From an uncultured delta proteobacterium (lineage in GTDB: Bacteria; Bdellovibrionota_C; UBA2361; CAIXSY01): a stretch of 64,000 nt of DNA. Within the stretch, counting starts at the first letter, position 1. Every line of letters starts with the position of its first letter. Under the pieces are notes generated by a model. The model saw nothing but the letters and a program-made list of their open reading frames with translations. It made no database searches and was not told the origin of the DNA. The DNA lies in the NCBI GenBank assembly GCA_903922175.1, contig CAIXSY010000024.1:634-64633 (forward strand), in the 5' to 3' direction. Below, piece by piece: positions 1 to 8,424 of the stretch. Position numbers and translations under genes: made by a program.

Positions 1-1
1 C

Positions 2-199
2 GCCGGTGTCGCCATGGATGGTGTGCGTATAGTCGAACGTAACTTACCGCAGCCGACGTCCTGGCTTGCGGTCGAGGTTGAACTTTTAGGAATGCAGGTG
101 CTGGAATGCGATTGTCCCGACTGCCGGGCCCTGCTCGTGACTAAACAGGCGGAGCTGGCAAAGCTTAAGGAATCGATGCAGGAACAGCACCTTAATTAG
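2..199 (+). CDS. C-terminal end of an unidentified protein whose gene starts upstream of the window
   Basis: The frame is open from base 2 and closes at TAG 197-199. The tail LECDCPDCRALLVTKQAELAKLKE has a CxCxxC cluster. No family recognised. Confidence 0.3.
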   Translation, partial: AGVAMDGVRIVERNLPQPTSWLAVEVELLGMQVLECDCPDCRALLVTKQAELAKLKESMQEQHLN

Positions 200-286
200 T
201 TAATTAGATCGACAGCGTCTTTGTTGTTCTTCGACAGGCGAAAAATTATCGCATTGACGAATTGTAGAGTATAACCTACACTTACC

Positions 287-634
287 ATGGAAGCATCACT
301 GAAAATGTTGCGGCTTTTCCGCCTAAAGAATGGTGTCGTGCCGTTCTCTGAGTGGTTTTTAAGTCTCACGGATATTCGGGCGCGGCAAAAAATAATCTCT
401 CGATTAGCTCGTGTGCGAGCGGGCAACCTAGGGAGGGTCGAGTCGGTCGGGGGCGGGGTCCGTGAGCTGAAATTTGATTACGGGCCGGGTTACCGAGTAT
501 ATTTTGGACAGGGTGGCCCGGAAATGGTGCTCTTACTCTGTGGTGGTGATAAGGGATCGCAAAATGACGACATCCAAAAAGCGAAAAAGTATTGGGAAGA
601 ATACAAGAGGGAAAGAGGCTATGCCAACTATTGA
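287..634 (+). CDS. RelE/ParE-superfamily toxin of the addiction-module killer (HigB-like) type
   Basis: 115 aa. FRLKNGVVPFSEWFLSL, RARQKIISRLARV, GGGVRELKFDYGPGYRVYF and VLLLCGGDKGSQNDDIQKAKKYW match the usual killer-protein layout. It overlaps the downstream antidote gene by 14 nt. Confidence 0.8.
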   Translation: MEASLKMLRLFRLKNGVVPFSEWFLSLTDIRARQKIISRLARVRAGNLGRVESVGGGVRELKFDYGPGYRVYFGQGGPEMVLLLCGGDKGSQNDDIQKAKKYWEEYKRERGYANY

Positions 635-926
635 CTACAAAGAATGGCTCCTCGGGCAGCTCAAAGACCTCGACTTCGCCGCTGGGTATCTGACCGAAGC
701 CATCGAGGAGGGGGAGGCGGCATTTCTTCTGGCGATCCGAGATGTCGTGGAGGCTCAGGGCGGAGTGGGGGTTGTTTCCAAGAGTGCAGCTCTTAATCGT
801 GAAGGTCTGTATGCGATGCTTTCAGAAAAGGGGAATCCTCGACTATCGAGCTTGTCCTCGGTGTTCTGCACTCTCGGTTTGCAGCTTGCGGTAACAAAAA
901 AATTGCCTGGAAAAAAGGCTGCCTGA
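621..926 (+). CDS. Addiction-module antidote protein (HigA-family DNA-binding antitoxin)
   Basis: I use the internal ATG at 621 of track ORF 474..926. MPTIDYKEWLLGQLKDLDFAAGYLTEAIEEG...IRDVVEAQGGVGVVSKSAALNREGLYAMLSEKGNPRLSSL is the typical antidote sequence. It sits immediately after the killer gene. Confidence 0.75.
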   Translation: MPTIDYKEWLLGQLKDLDFAAGYLTEAIEEGEAAFLLAIRDVVEAQGGVGVVSKSAALNREGLYAMLSEKGNPRLSSLSSVFCTLGLQLAVTKKLPGKKAA

Positions 927-946
927 GGCGAAGCGGACTGTTTTGT

Positions 947-1090
947 AACTTGTCAGCACTTTTAGTGAACGCGCAGGGAAAATTCGATGACGTTGACGTC
1001 TAATGTCTAACGCCGGAGCCCGGCGTTAGTCGTTTGACGTCAGCGTCATCGATCTTTTAGTTAAATAGTTCCCCAAAGTGCTGACTAGTT
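947..1090. repeat. ~144-bp imperfect palindrome (long hairpin) centred near 1018
   Basis: The left arm AACTTGTCAGCACTTTT...TCGATGACGTTGACGTC...TAACGCCGG pairs with the right arm CCGGCGTTA...GACGTCAGCGTCATCGA...AAAGTGCTGACTAGTT. It lies between the antidote gene and the SNF2 gene and is followed by a T8 run. Confidence 0.7.
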
Positions 1091-1196
1091 ACTTTTTTTT
1101 GTTTACTCAGGTGCTGCGCTCTTGGCTTTTTCTGGCTAGGTACGCTACCTTTTGCTTGTGAGTCCCTCAATTCCTTAAGATCAGGAGGCCCGGAGT

Positions 1197-3953
1197 ATGA
1201 CCATCGCTGCTGCCAACACTGCCTTTTCAGTCAACCAGGAGGCAGCGATAGCTGCCTCCTCTCCTGAAAGTATCCACGAGTCAGAAACCTACGAGCAGCT
1301 GCTGGCGATGGCGGGGAAGCGCTTTCATCCGCTGCCGGCAGATTATCTTGTGCGGCATGTTATGGCCGTTACGCCGATGGGAAATTGGCCGGTGAGGCGC
1401 GCGGCACTTGAGGCTTTGCAGACGCGCCAGGCCAATCTCCTTCGTGATCAGCTGCAAGTGACAGGAGCGGTGCGAGCGAAACGTCCTCATGCGGAATTTA
1501 AGGTGAGTCGGCCTGGTCGGAAGGGGCAAAGCTATCGGGTGCTGTTGCGGGGAGTTTGTCCGCTTGATGCCGCCTGCAGCTGCCCCGACTTTGTGCGTAA
1601 CTCGCTTGGTGTGTGTAAACATATTTTGGCAGTGTTGCGTGCAAAATGCGAGGATCGCGGAGAAGAGATCTTTAACGCGGCAGCGCCAGAAGACAGAGTG
1701 CCTACGCCGGGGCTGCTCTGGAATCCAATTCGCCCGCTTTGTGGAGCCTATGATCTGCTCTCTGGTTTTGAGTGGCGCGGCAGTGCTGATAGTTGCCCGA
1801 CTGGCGCACGTTTCCTGCTACGTAAGTTCTTCACTAAAAAGAGCGACGATAGTCTATCTTTGGCGGATAAGGCGCTTGCAGTGAGTGCCCGCCGTGGAGT
1901 CTTGTTAAAGACGCTACGTGCACTTTTGGATCCATCTCAGGGCTCACCCTCAGACCCGGCGGCAGAAGTTGTATTAGCGACAGAGGAAGCTCGCCAAGCC
2001 CTTCGGACAAGGAGCCGTAAGGCGCTTGAGACACTTTCGGCAGCCCTCAAAAGCTTCAAACAGAAGCTCTATCCCTATCAGATCGAGGGGGTTCGCCGTT
2101 TTCTCGAAAACGGCAGATTGCTTCTGGCTGATGATATGGGGCTCGGTAAAACCATGCAGGCTATCGCCGCTTGTCACGCACTTTGGCAGGCGCACCTCGT
2201 GCGGCGTGGTTTGTTGATCGTGCCGGCCGCGCTAAAATCGCAGTGGCTGCGTGAATGGCAACGTGCCACCGATCTGCCCGTCGTCATTGTTGAGGGCACG
2301 CAGCGTGAGCGTCTGCAGATTTATCGTCGTCATGAGCGTGGCTTTCTGATTGCTAACTATGAGCAGGTCTGGCGTGATCTGGAGGAGATGCATCACTGGC
2401 AACCTGATCTGGTTGTGCTTGATGAAGCGCAGCGCATTAAGAACTGGTCCACAAAAACTGCGCAGTACGTCAAACAGCTCCAGCCGCAGTTTCGGCTCGT
2501 GCTTACCGGCACTCCGATGGAGAATCGCATTGATGAGCTGGTCTCTATCGTCGACTGGGTCGACAGCTTCGCCTTGCAACCGGTGTGGCGGATTAATGCA
2601 CAGCACCTGGTTCTGATAGATGGTCGTTCGGAGGTCGGTGGACTGCGTGATCTGGGGCTACTGCGTGCTCGATTAGATCCCTGCCTTTTACGTCGCTTGC
2701 GCACGGATGTGTTAAAACAGCTTCCGAAGCGCAGCGATACCGTCATTCCGGTGCCGCTTAGCGACGCGCAGAAGGGCGCTCACGCTGATTACGATCAGCC
2801 GATCGTGCAGCTGATGGCTATCGCCAAAAAGCATCCGCTGACCCAAGCACAGTTTCTAAGGCTAATGAGCTATTTTACCTCGCAGCGCATCATCTGTAAC
2901 GGCATAGAGCAGTATCAGTTTGATGATCACTGGCCGGAGCTTTCGCAGGTACGCAACCCGCGTGAGGATTTTTTGGCCTCGCTCAATTCCCCGAAGCTAG
3001 CTGAATTCTACCGTGTCATACGCTCCATAGTCATCGAGCAAGGGCGTAAAGCGGTGGTCTTTAGTCAGTGGCGTCATATGCTTATCTTGGCGCAGTGGGC
3101 CGTGAGTGGATTACTGGCCGAGCACGGTGTGCGCGCCGTCTTTTTTACGGGGCAGGAGTCGCAGAAACGGCGCACGCACAATATTGTCGATTTTCATGAT
3201 GACCCATCGGCGCGCATCTTCTTTGCCACGGATGCTGGAGGGGTCGGCCTAAACCTGCAGCATGCAGCGAATTGCTGCATTAATCTCGATCTGCCGTGGA
3301 ACCCGGCCGTGCTTGAGCAGCGCATCGGTCGCATCTATCGCCTGGGACAGAAGCACCCCATCGATGTCTATAACCTCGTCGCCGAAACAGGGATCGAGGC
3401 TCGCATTAGTACCATTGTGGCCAACAAACGCGCTATGTTTAAGGGGATCTTCGATGGTGGAAGCGATCAAGTTGAGTTCGAGCATCAGGGATCGTTCCTT
3501 GAGCGGATGGCGCGAATAATTGAGCCGGTAGATATTCCAAAGCTTGGCGCAGTAGCTGCACAATCTGAAGATGAAAACTGCATGGAAGAGGTCACGGATC
3601 TAGAGCATGAGGCGTCAGCCGAGGTATCTGTGGAGGCGCCTGTTGGGGCATCTTTGGGTGGAGGATCCAGTCCCGTGCCGTTGTCTGAGGCACCGGCACG
3701 AGTGCTCGCTCCGGTAGCGGCTGCGCTACCACCGAGCGAAGCTGCGGAGACACCCGCGCCGTCAATCGCCGCGCTCTTTTCTCAGGTTACCGTGCAACGT
3801 CGCGAGGATGGAGGAATTACGCTGCAGGCCCCGCCGCAGGCAGCCGCTCAGCTCGCGGGTGCTTTTGACGTTCTGGCGCAGCTGTTGCGGGCGGCGGGGC
3901 AAGTATCGTCAGGCGGCAGCCTACCCCAATCGACTAGCCCGTTGCGCAATTAA
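1197..3953 (+). CDS. SNF2/RAD54-family helicase with an N-terminal SWIM zinc finger and an Ala/Pro-rich tail
   Basis: 918 aa. SWIM CxCx(n)CxH is CSCPDFVRNSLGVCKHILAV. Helicase motifs are LADDMGLGKT (I), VLDEAQRIKN (II), LTGTPMEN (III) and QRIGRIYRLGQ (VI). The last ~130 aa are low-complexity A/P/S. Confidence 0.9.
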   Translation: MTIAAANTAFSVNQEAAIAASSPESIHESETYEQLLAMAGKRFHPLPADYLVRHVMAVTPMGNWPVRRAALEALQTRQANLLRDQLQVTGAVRAKRPHAEFKVSRPGRKGQSYRVLLRGVCPLDAACSCPDFVRNSLGVCKHILAVLRAKCEDRGEEIFNAAAPEDRVPTPGLLWNPIRPLCGAYDLLSGFEWRGSADSCPTGARFLLRKFFTKKSDDSLSLADKALAVSARRGVLLKTLRALLDPSQGSPSDPAAEVVLATEEARQALRTRSRKALETLSAALKSFKQKLYPYQIEGVRRFLENGRLLLADDMGLGKTMQAIAACHALWQAHLVRRGLLIVPAALKSQWLREWQRATDLPVVIVEGTQRERLQIYRRHERGFLIANYEQVWRDLEEMHHWQPDLVVLDEAQRIKNWSTKTAQYVKQLQPQFRLVLTGTPMENRIDELVSIVDWVDSFALQPVWRINAQHLVLIDGRSEVGGLRDLGLLRARLDPCLLRRLRTDVLKQLPKRSDTVIPVPLSDAQKGAHADYDQPIVQLMAIAKKHPLTQAQFLRLMSYFTSQRIICNGIEQYQFDDHWPELSQVRNPREDFLASLNSPKLAEFYRVIRSIVIEQGRKAVVFSQWRHMLILAQWAVSGLLAEHGVRAVFFTGQESQKRRTHNIVDFHDDPSARIFFATDAGGVGLNLQHAANCCINLDLPWNPAVLEQRIGRIYRLGQKHPIDVYNLVAETGIEARISTIVANKRAMFKGIFDGGSDQVEFEHQGSFLERMARIIEPVDIPKLGAVAAQSEDENCMEEVTDLEHEASAEVSVEAPVGASLGGGSSPVPLSEAPARVLAPVAAALPPSEAAETPAPSIAALFSQVTVQRREDGGITLQAPPQAAAQLAGAFDVLAQLLRAAGQVSSGGSLPQSTSPLRN

Positions 3954-5258
3954 GCGCTCTAATCGATCCTTCTCGGTATCTGGTATCCACGCATGAGCAG
4001 CGAGGGCTGCGGCGATATTGGGCAGATTTTTATAGCGTTTTGAGAGATTCTTATATGCCTTTGGCGTGATTCCTAAATAGGTAGCAAAACTCTCAAAGTC
4101 GGATCCTCCTAATTTATTTTTTTTTCCTCCGAGTGGAAGAGCAAGCTCTTCGTCGTCTCCTGGTTCTAGTGCCTCAACAGAGACAAGATCGTAGCACGGT
4201 GTAAGGCGAATTCCAGCTTGGGTAAAAATGGAGAGGTTCTTTAGGTGTAGGTCGCTGTTGCCAACCAAAAATGAGAAAAGTACATGCTCAAAGAAACGAG
4301 TGACATCAAGTCCTGGCTGGCTAGAGTGTTCTTTGATCCATCTTCCGATCTGATTGTAACTACTGCCATATTTTTGAGCGCCTTGATTGCGATCGAATAT
4401 CTGACCAAAATCTTCGACAGAAACCTTTGCCACCGCTGCGTGCTCTTGGCGAACACGATCAAACCTGCGTACGAGGTAGGCGAACGTTCCATCTTGGAGC
4501 GCGATAAGACCGAAAGGTGGTACGGGGATGCCCATAGCTGAAGCTATGTTCATGATCAGATGTTCATTGGCGGCCATGCTGGGAAGTTCTGCGGGGGCGG
4601 GTTTTAAGATGTACTCCCCCCATAATCCGACAATCGTTAGTCGTCCCCCCAGATCGCCCGAATTTCGATCGAGCGAGAGCGAAAGTTTTCTCTGTACGCC
4701 GGTGACGGCGAGTCTCTGGTTAACAACCTCAAGTCCGAGGCGGTCGATGTCGTGCGCAGTGGCATTGATGATCGGGGCATGTGGAGATCCAAAGAGGCTT
4801 TTAGCGCAGGCTTTGTGGTAATGAGCCTCGTCGTGTGTGAGCTTGCCGAGACAACATAGGCAATAGGTCGATGGGGGGAGCTTCTGGGTGGGAGGGAGGG
4901 GGGCCCCATCATTAATCACCGCTTCCACAGGTTCTCGAACTTCGCTTTGCACGGCGACTGAACCGATACAGTCTCCGCACACCGCAAGTAATAGGCGCAT
5001 GCGATCGTTTTTATCTATCTTCCACTGATGAGAAGTAATATTGAGCAGCCAGCCTTCTGGAATTAAACCATCAAAGAATCCGAAGAGTCTATCGGCCTGG
5101 TATGGTAAGGCGCTGCTTGGGAGGGTGACGCTGACTGATTCCGGGGCGGGAAAACCCTTGTTGGTGGCGTCGTAGGTGAAGTGGTAATCTCTCTCGTCAC
5201 TTTCTTCGAGCGTGCCGACGTGCGATCCGTGGTTGGTGATCTCAGCCTTGATGCTCAT
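3921..5258 (-). CDS. hipA: HipA-family serine/threonine kinase toxin
   Basis: 445 aa. The N-terminal coupling domain has LIPEGWLL and GDCIGSVAV. The kinase core has VTGVQRKLSL, ILKP, NEHLIMNIA, YLVRRFDR, LVGNSDLHLKNLS and TPCYDLVS. It shares an ATGA start/stop overlap with hipB. Its 3' end overlaps the SNF2 gene by 33 nt. Confidence 0.9.
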   Translation of the reverse strand: MSIKAEITNHGSHVGTLEESDERDYHFTYDATNKGFPAPESVSVTLPSSALPYQADRLFGFFDGLIPEGWLLNITSHQWKIDKNDRMRLLLAVCGDCIGSVAVQSEVREPVEAVINDGAPLPPTQKLPPSTYCLCCLGKLTHDEAHYHKACAKSLFGSPHAPIINATAHDIDRLGLEVVNQRLAVTGVQRKLSLSLDRNSGDLGGRLTIVGLWGEYILKPAPAELPSMAANEHLIMNIASAMGIPVPPFGLIALQDGTFAYLVRRFDRVRQEHAAVAKVSVEDFGQIFDRNQGAQKYGSSYNQIGRWIKEHSSQPGLDVTRFFEHVLFSFLVGNSDLHLKNLSIFTQAGIRLTPCYDLVSVEALEPGDDEELALPLGGKKNKLGGSDFESFATYLGITPKAYKNLSKRYKNLPNIAAALAAHAWIPDTEKDRLERLIAQRASRLG

Positions 5259-5518
5259 GGCCTTGTCCCTCGTGGCAGGACCAATAGATCGAGGCCTAAG
5301 AATTCTAAAATGACGTAGAGCTTATCAAGGCGTATAGAGCGACTGCCCTGTTCAAATTTACGAATAAAAAAAATACTAATCCCAGAACGTTCAGCAAGCT
5401 CTTGTTGTGTCATCCCCTGTAAAACGCGCGCATCCTTGACTGCGCTTGCCAGCTGATTAATAGGACGAGCGCTTGTTTTTCTGTGTGGCGCACCATGTCC
5501 TCGAGCCTTAAATTGCAT
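5255..5518 (-). CDS. hipB: HipB-like XRE-family helix-turn-helix antitoxin
   Basis: The HTH is MTQQELAERSGISIFFIRKFEQGSRSIRLDKL. The track ORF extends to a TTG at 5554. The ATG at 5518 is preferred but the start is uncertain. Confidence 0.75.
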   Translation of the reverse strand: MQFKARGHGAPHRKTSARPINQLASAVKDARVLQGMTQQELAERSGISIFFIRKFEQGSRSIRLDKLYVILEFLGLDLLVLPRGTRP

Positions 5519-5556
5519 GCTTTTGAATATAATATAACAGTCTATAGATTGCAATA

Positions 5557-5570
5557 TATTCGTTCGAATA
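5557..5570. promoter_or_regulatory. Candidate operator palindrome TATTCG-TT-CGAATA upstream of hipBA
   Basis: It has 6-bp inverted arms in the AT-rich region ~40 nt upstream of the hipB ATG. HipB-type repressors bind palindromes, but this assignment is inference only. Confidence 0.25.
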
Positions 5571-5672
5571 CAATATACTAAATTACTATGGAAGTATATG
5601 TATTAGCATATAACGTAACTATAAAAACTGATATCCTGGTATCTGCTCAATAACCTCGGGGAACTTAATAAT

Positions 5673-5918
5673 TCACAGCCTCCTGGGCATCGACGATGAT
5701 GGTGTGGTCGCAGTCCATTCAATTTTTCGCTGAGTCTGGACACAATCTCTTAAATAAAGATTAATAAGATTTTGGTAAGGGACGCCCATTCCAAGTGCCA
5801 TCGATTTAAAATAACTGATCACATCTGTGCCTAGTCGAATGGTAATAGGTTTTTTTAGACGTGCGGCATAGGGGTTCCGCCGAAATTTCATTTTTGACAG
5901 GTCATACTCTCGTTTCAT
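5673..5918 (-). CDS. brnA: BrnA-family antitoxin (ribbon-helix-helix type)
   Basis: MKREYDLSKMKFRRNPYAARLKKPITIRLGTDVISYFKSMA...GVPYQNLINLYLRDC is typical of BrnA. The ATG at 5918 forms an ATGA overlap with the brnT stop. Confidence 0.8.
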   Translation of the reverse strand: MKREYDLSKMKFRRNPYAARLKKPITIRLGTDVISYFKSMALGMGVPYQNLINLYLRDCVQTQRKIEWTATTPSSSMPRRL

Positions 5919-6208
5919 GGCTTCTCCTCCCAATATTTCTTGGATTCTTCTTTTGTTGCCTTCCTGGCAGAAATAATTCTAACAATGGCCCCAGATTCTC
6001 TTAGGCAATGTGAAACGATCAAAACTCTCGTCTGCGAACTCAATCCGAGCATAAGAAATCTATCTTCATCCACGGAATGTTCTGGGTCCTCAAATTCCAA
6101 AGCATCCTCGTCATAGAAAACAGTGATGGCCTCTTCAAAAGTAACGCCATGCTTTCGTTTGTTTAGTGCTGATTTGCTCTGGTCCCAATCGAACGTTAGG
6201 TCTTCCAT
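5915..6208 (-). CDS. brnT: BrnT-family (DUF497) toxin
   Basis: 97 aa. FDWDQSKSALNKRKHGVTFEEAITVFYDEDALEFEDPEHSVDEDRFLMLGLS...RIISARKATKEE is the BrnT signature layout. Confidence 0.85.
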   Translation of the reverse strand: MEDLTFDWDQSKSALNKRKHGVTFEEAITVFYDEDALEFEDPEHSVDEDRFLMLGLSSQTRVLIVSHCLRESGAIVRIISARKATKEESKKYWEEKP

Positions 6209-6257
6209 ATGTACAATGTCAATATATCATACTCAAGTGAATTGTTCAAATAAAATC

Positions 6258-6965
6258 TCACCATTTCGCCCTACCAGCTGCGGGCAGTAAAAGCGGTGGC
6301 GGCGGCAACGCCGCCACCTTGCAGGTCGCAAGTTCAGCTAACCTCTGCGCATGGACTGGCCCGATGCCCGCAACCTTATCCAGATCTGCCGCCGAAGCAT
6401 CAAAGACGGCGCGCAGCGATCCAAAATGCTCCAACAGTGCCTGGGCGCGGGCTACGCCGATCCCAGGCACGCCGGCCAGGATGAAGCGTTGATAAAAAGC
6501 TCGGGTATCAGGATCGCGTAGCGAGCGCTCTCGAATTTGGCCCGCCGCAGAGAGGAAAGTTTGAAAGGCGAGGTGCAAAAGCTTCTGTGCTGTGTCGTGA
6601 GTGCTACACGTGTAAAGTATCGGAATCTGAAAGGCGCCGATCGTGCGCAGGATAGCTCCCTGGATGGCCCGTTCCGAAAGACGCTTGCTGGCCATGGGCA
6701 TGCCTTCAATAACAAGAAGGCGTCGGCGAAAGGTTCTCTTAAGGATGATCATCTGTCTGAAGAATCGCCCATCGATTAAGGACGAGACCAGATCGGCGCC
6801 TGTTTTGCGCTCGATCCCCATATCGTCGATTATGATATCACCCGAGGAAAGCTGCTGTTCTTGGACATCGACGAACTCCTGGGCCCTGAGTAGCTCGACG
6901 AGCCCACTCTGCTTCTCGCGGGTATCGACGATGATGGCGGGGACGGTGTCTTCTTGGGGCAACAT
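6258..6965 (-). CDS. ERCC4/XPF-Mus81-type nuclease with a C-terminal tandem helix-hairpin-helix
   Basis: 235 aa. The ERCC4 catalytic signature GDx(n)ERKx3D is present as SGDIIIDDMGIERKTGADLVSS. The (HhH)2 region is GVPGIGVARAQALLEHFGSLRAVFDASAADLDKVAGIGPVHAQRL. Confidence 0.8.
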   Translation of the reverse strand: MLPQEDTVPAIIVDTREKQSGLVELLRAQEFVDVQEQQLSSGDIIIDDMGIERKTGADLVSSLIDGRFFRQMIILKRTFRRRLLVIEGMPMASKRLSERAIQGAILRTIGAFQIPILYTCSTHDTAQKLLHLAFQTFLSAAGQIRERSLRDPDTRAFYQRFILAGVPGIGVARAQALLEHFGSLRAVFDASAADLDKVAGIGPVHAQRLAELATCKVAALPPPPLLLPAAGRAKW

Positions 6966-7224
6966 AGGAATTTCGGTAATAAGCGAGAAAAGTGGCTGCT
7001 TCGAGCGCGATTTTACTCGTGCTCCATTTGCTCCAATTATCCTTCGGAGAAAATGCCTTAAAGTTTCTGGCGATTGAACAAAATTCTGGCTCTATTGCAG
7101 AAAGTCAGGATAAAAACATACGATCGATCGTGATCCGTAATTGTTGTGCAATCCAGGATTATTATCACTGGAAGGCTCAACTTGTCGAAAACAAACAACT
7201 TTGCTCTGTTTTGCGCGCGTGTGT

Positions 7225-8424
7225 CTAAAGTATTTCCCCAACAATAGTTAGGTATTGTTTCCAGGGGATGATCTTTATTCCTTGATGATCTTCCGGCGAG
7301 TCGATTTCTGCGACGACGTAGAGCGGGACGTTGGGAAACTCTCGCCGAAAAGATATCAGCCCTTTCGTCAGGGGAGCTTTCCCAGATTTAAACTCAAAAG
7401 CAGCCAAGACGGTGCCGTGTTTTTCAATTAAAAGGTCAACTTCGTTGCCGTCTTTGGTCCGCCAGAAAAACAAATGGGCTTCGCTACGTTTATAGCCACG
7501 CAGACGGAAAGCCTCAAGAATAAGTAAGCTTTCAAAAAGCCTACCCCGATATTGCGGCGTGAACTGCGCAGACAGTAGATTGCCGAGCGCATTCACTATT
7601 CCAAGATCGAACAGATAGAACTTAGCGTGAGCCACCATTTTTTTTCTTTCGCTCAATTCATAGGGCTCAAGCTTAAATCCGAGTAATGTATCCTCAAGGA
7701 TCTCGTAAAATGTCTGCACCGTGGTTCTTTGAACCTGTGCTTCGCGAGCGATGTTAGAGTAGTTAAGCAAGTCACCATTGGTGGAGCCAGCGAGCTGTAA
7801 AAAACGCGCAAAGCTACCGATATTGCGAGTTAGTCCCTCTTCTTTAATCTCCTCTTTTAGGTACAACTCGACATATCCATTTAATATATCACATTGTTCT
7901 TGGACGTTATGTCTCAAGACTGAGGGAGCTGCTGAATCGGTTGTAAAAAACAACCCCGCCAGTGATCCGTAACGCAATACCTCATCGAGATTGAACAGAT
8001 CGCCAAGCTCTTTGTAGGTAAAAGGATAAAGAGAATAACTGGCCAGTCGTCCACCACCTAGATTCACACCAGTGCGTTTCAACTTACGGGCACTCGAGCC
8101 GGTCAAAATAACTTGAAGATTCTTTGTCTTGTACTGCTCGATGAGACTATGGATTTCATCAAGCAGAGACGGCACTTTTTGGATTTCATCGATAAACAAG
8201 ACTGGCTTCTCGGTGCTTGGAAGACCCTCAATCCAGGCTTTAACTCTTGCTTGCAAGAGAGTTGAGTTTTGTGAATATTCTAAAAAGCTTGATGTTTTGA
8301 GCAGGTCAATCCTAAAAGCAGAAGGCGGAATCATCTGGTTGATGAAAGAGGTTTTCCCGGTTTGACGAGCGCCAAACAGAAGAAAAGACAACGATTCCGG
8401 CAATTTGCAGATTCTGTGTAGCAT
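7225..8424 (-). CDS. AAA-family ATPase with a DUF4143-type C-terminal domain (COG1373-like)
   Basis: 399 aa. Walker A is FGARQTGKTS and Walker B-like is LFIDEIQKVPSLLDEIH. The C-terminal WRTKDGNEVDLLIE block is typical of this family. Confidence 0.85.
   Translation of the reverse strand: MLHRICKLPESLSFLLFGARQTGKTSFINQMIPPSAFRIDLLKTSSFLEYSQNSTLLQARVKAWIEGLPSTEKPVLFIDEIQKVPSLLDEIHSLIEQYKTKNLQVILTGSSARKLKRTGVNLGGGRLASYSLYPFTYKELGDLFNLDEVLRYGSLAGLFFTTDSAAPSVLRHNVQEQCDILNGYVELYLKEEIKEEGLTRNIGSFARFLQLAGSTNGDLLNYSNIAREAQVQRTTVQTFYEILEDTLLGFKLEPYELSERKKMVAHAKFYLFDLGIVNALGNLLSAQFTPQYRGRLFESLLILEAFRLRGYKRSEAHLFFWRTKDGNEVDLLIEKHGTVLAAFEFKSGKAPLTKGLISFRREFPNVPLYVVAEIDSPEDHQGIKIIPWKQYLTIVGEIL

Noticed and set aside
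3560-3953. The Ala/Pro/Ser-rich region at the end of the SNF2 ORF, considered as a separate gene or repeat.
   Set aside because: It is continuous, in frame and without an internal start context. I treat it as a low-complexity C-terminal tail. Overlapping ORF 3808..3996 is a shadow ORF.
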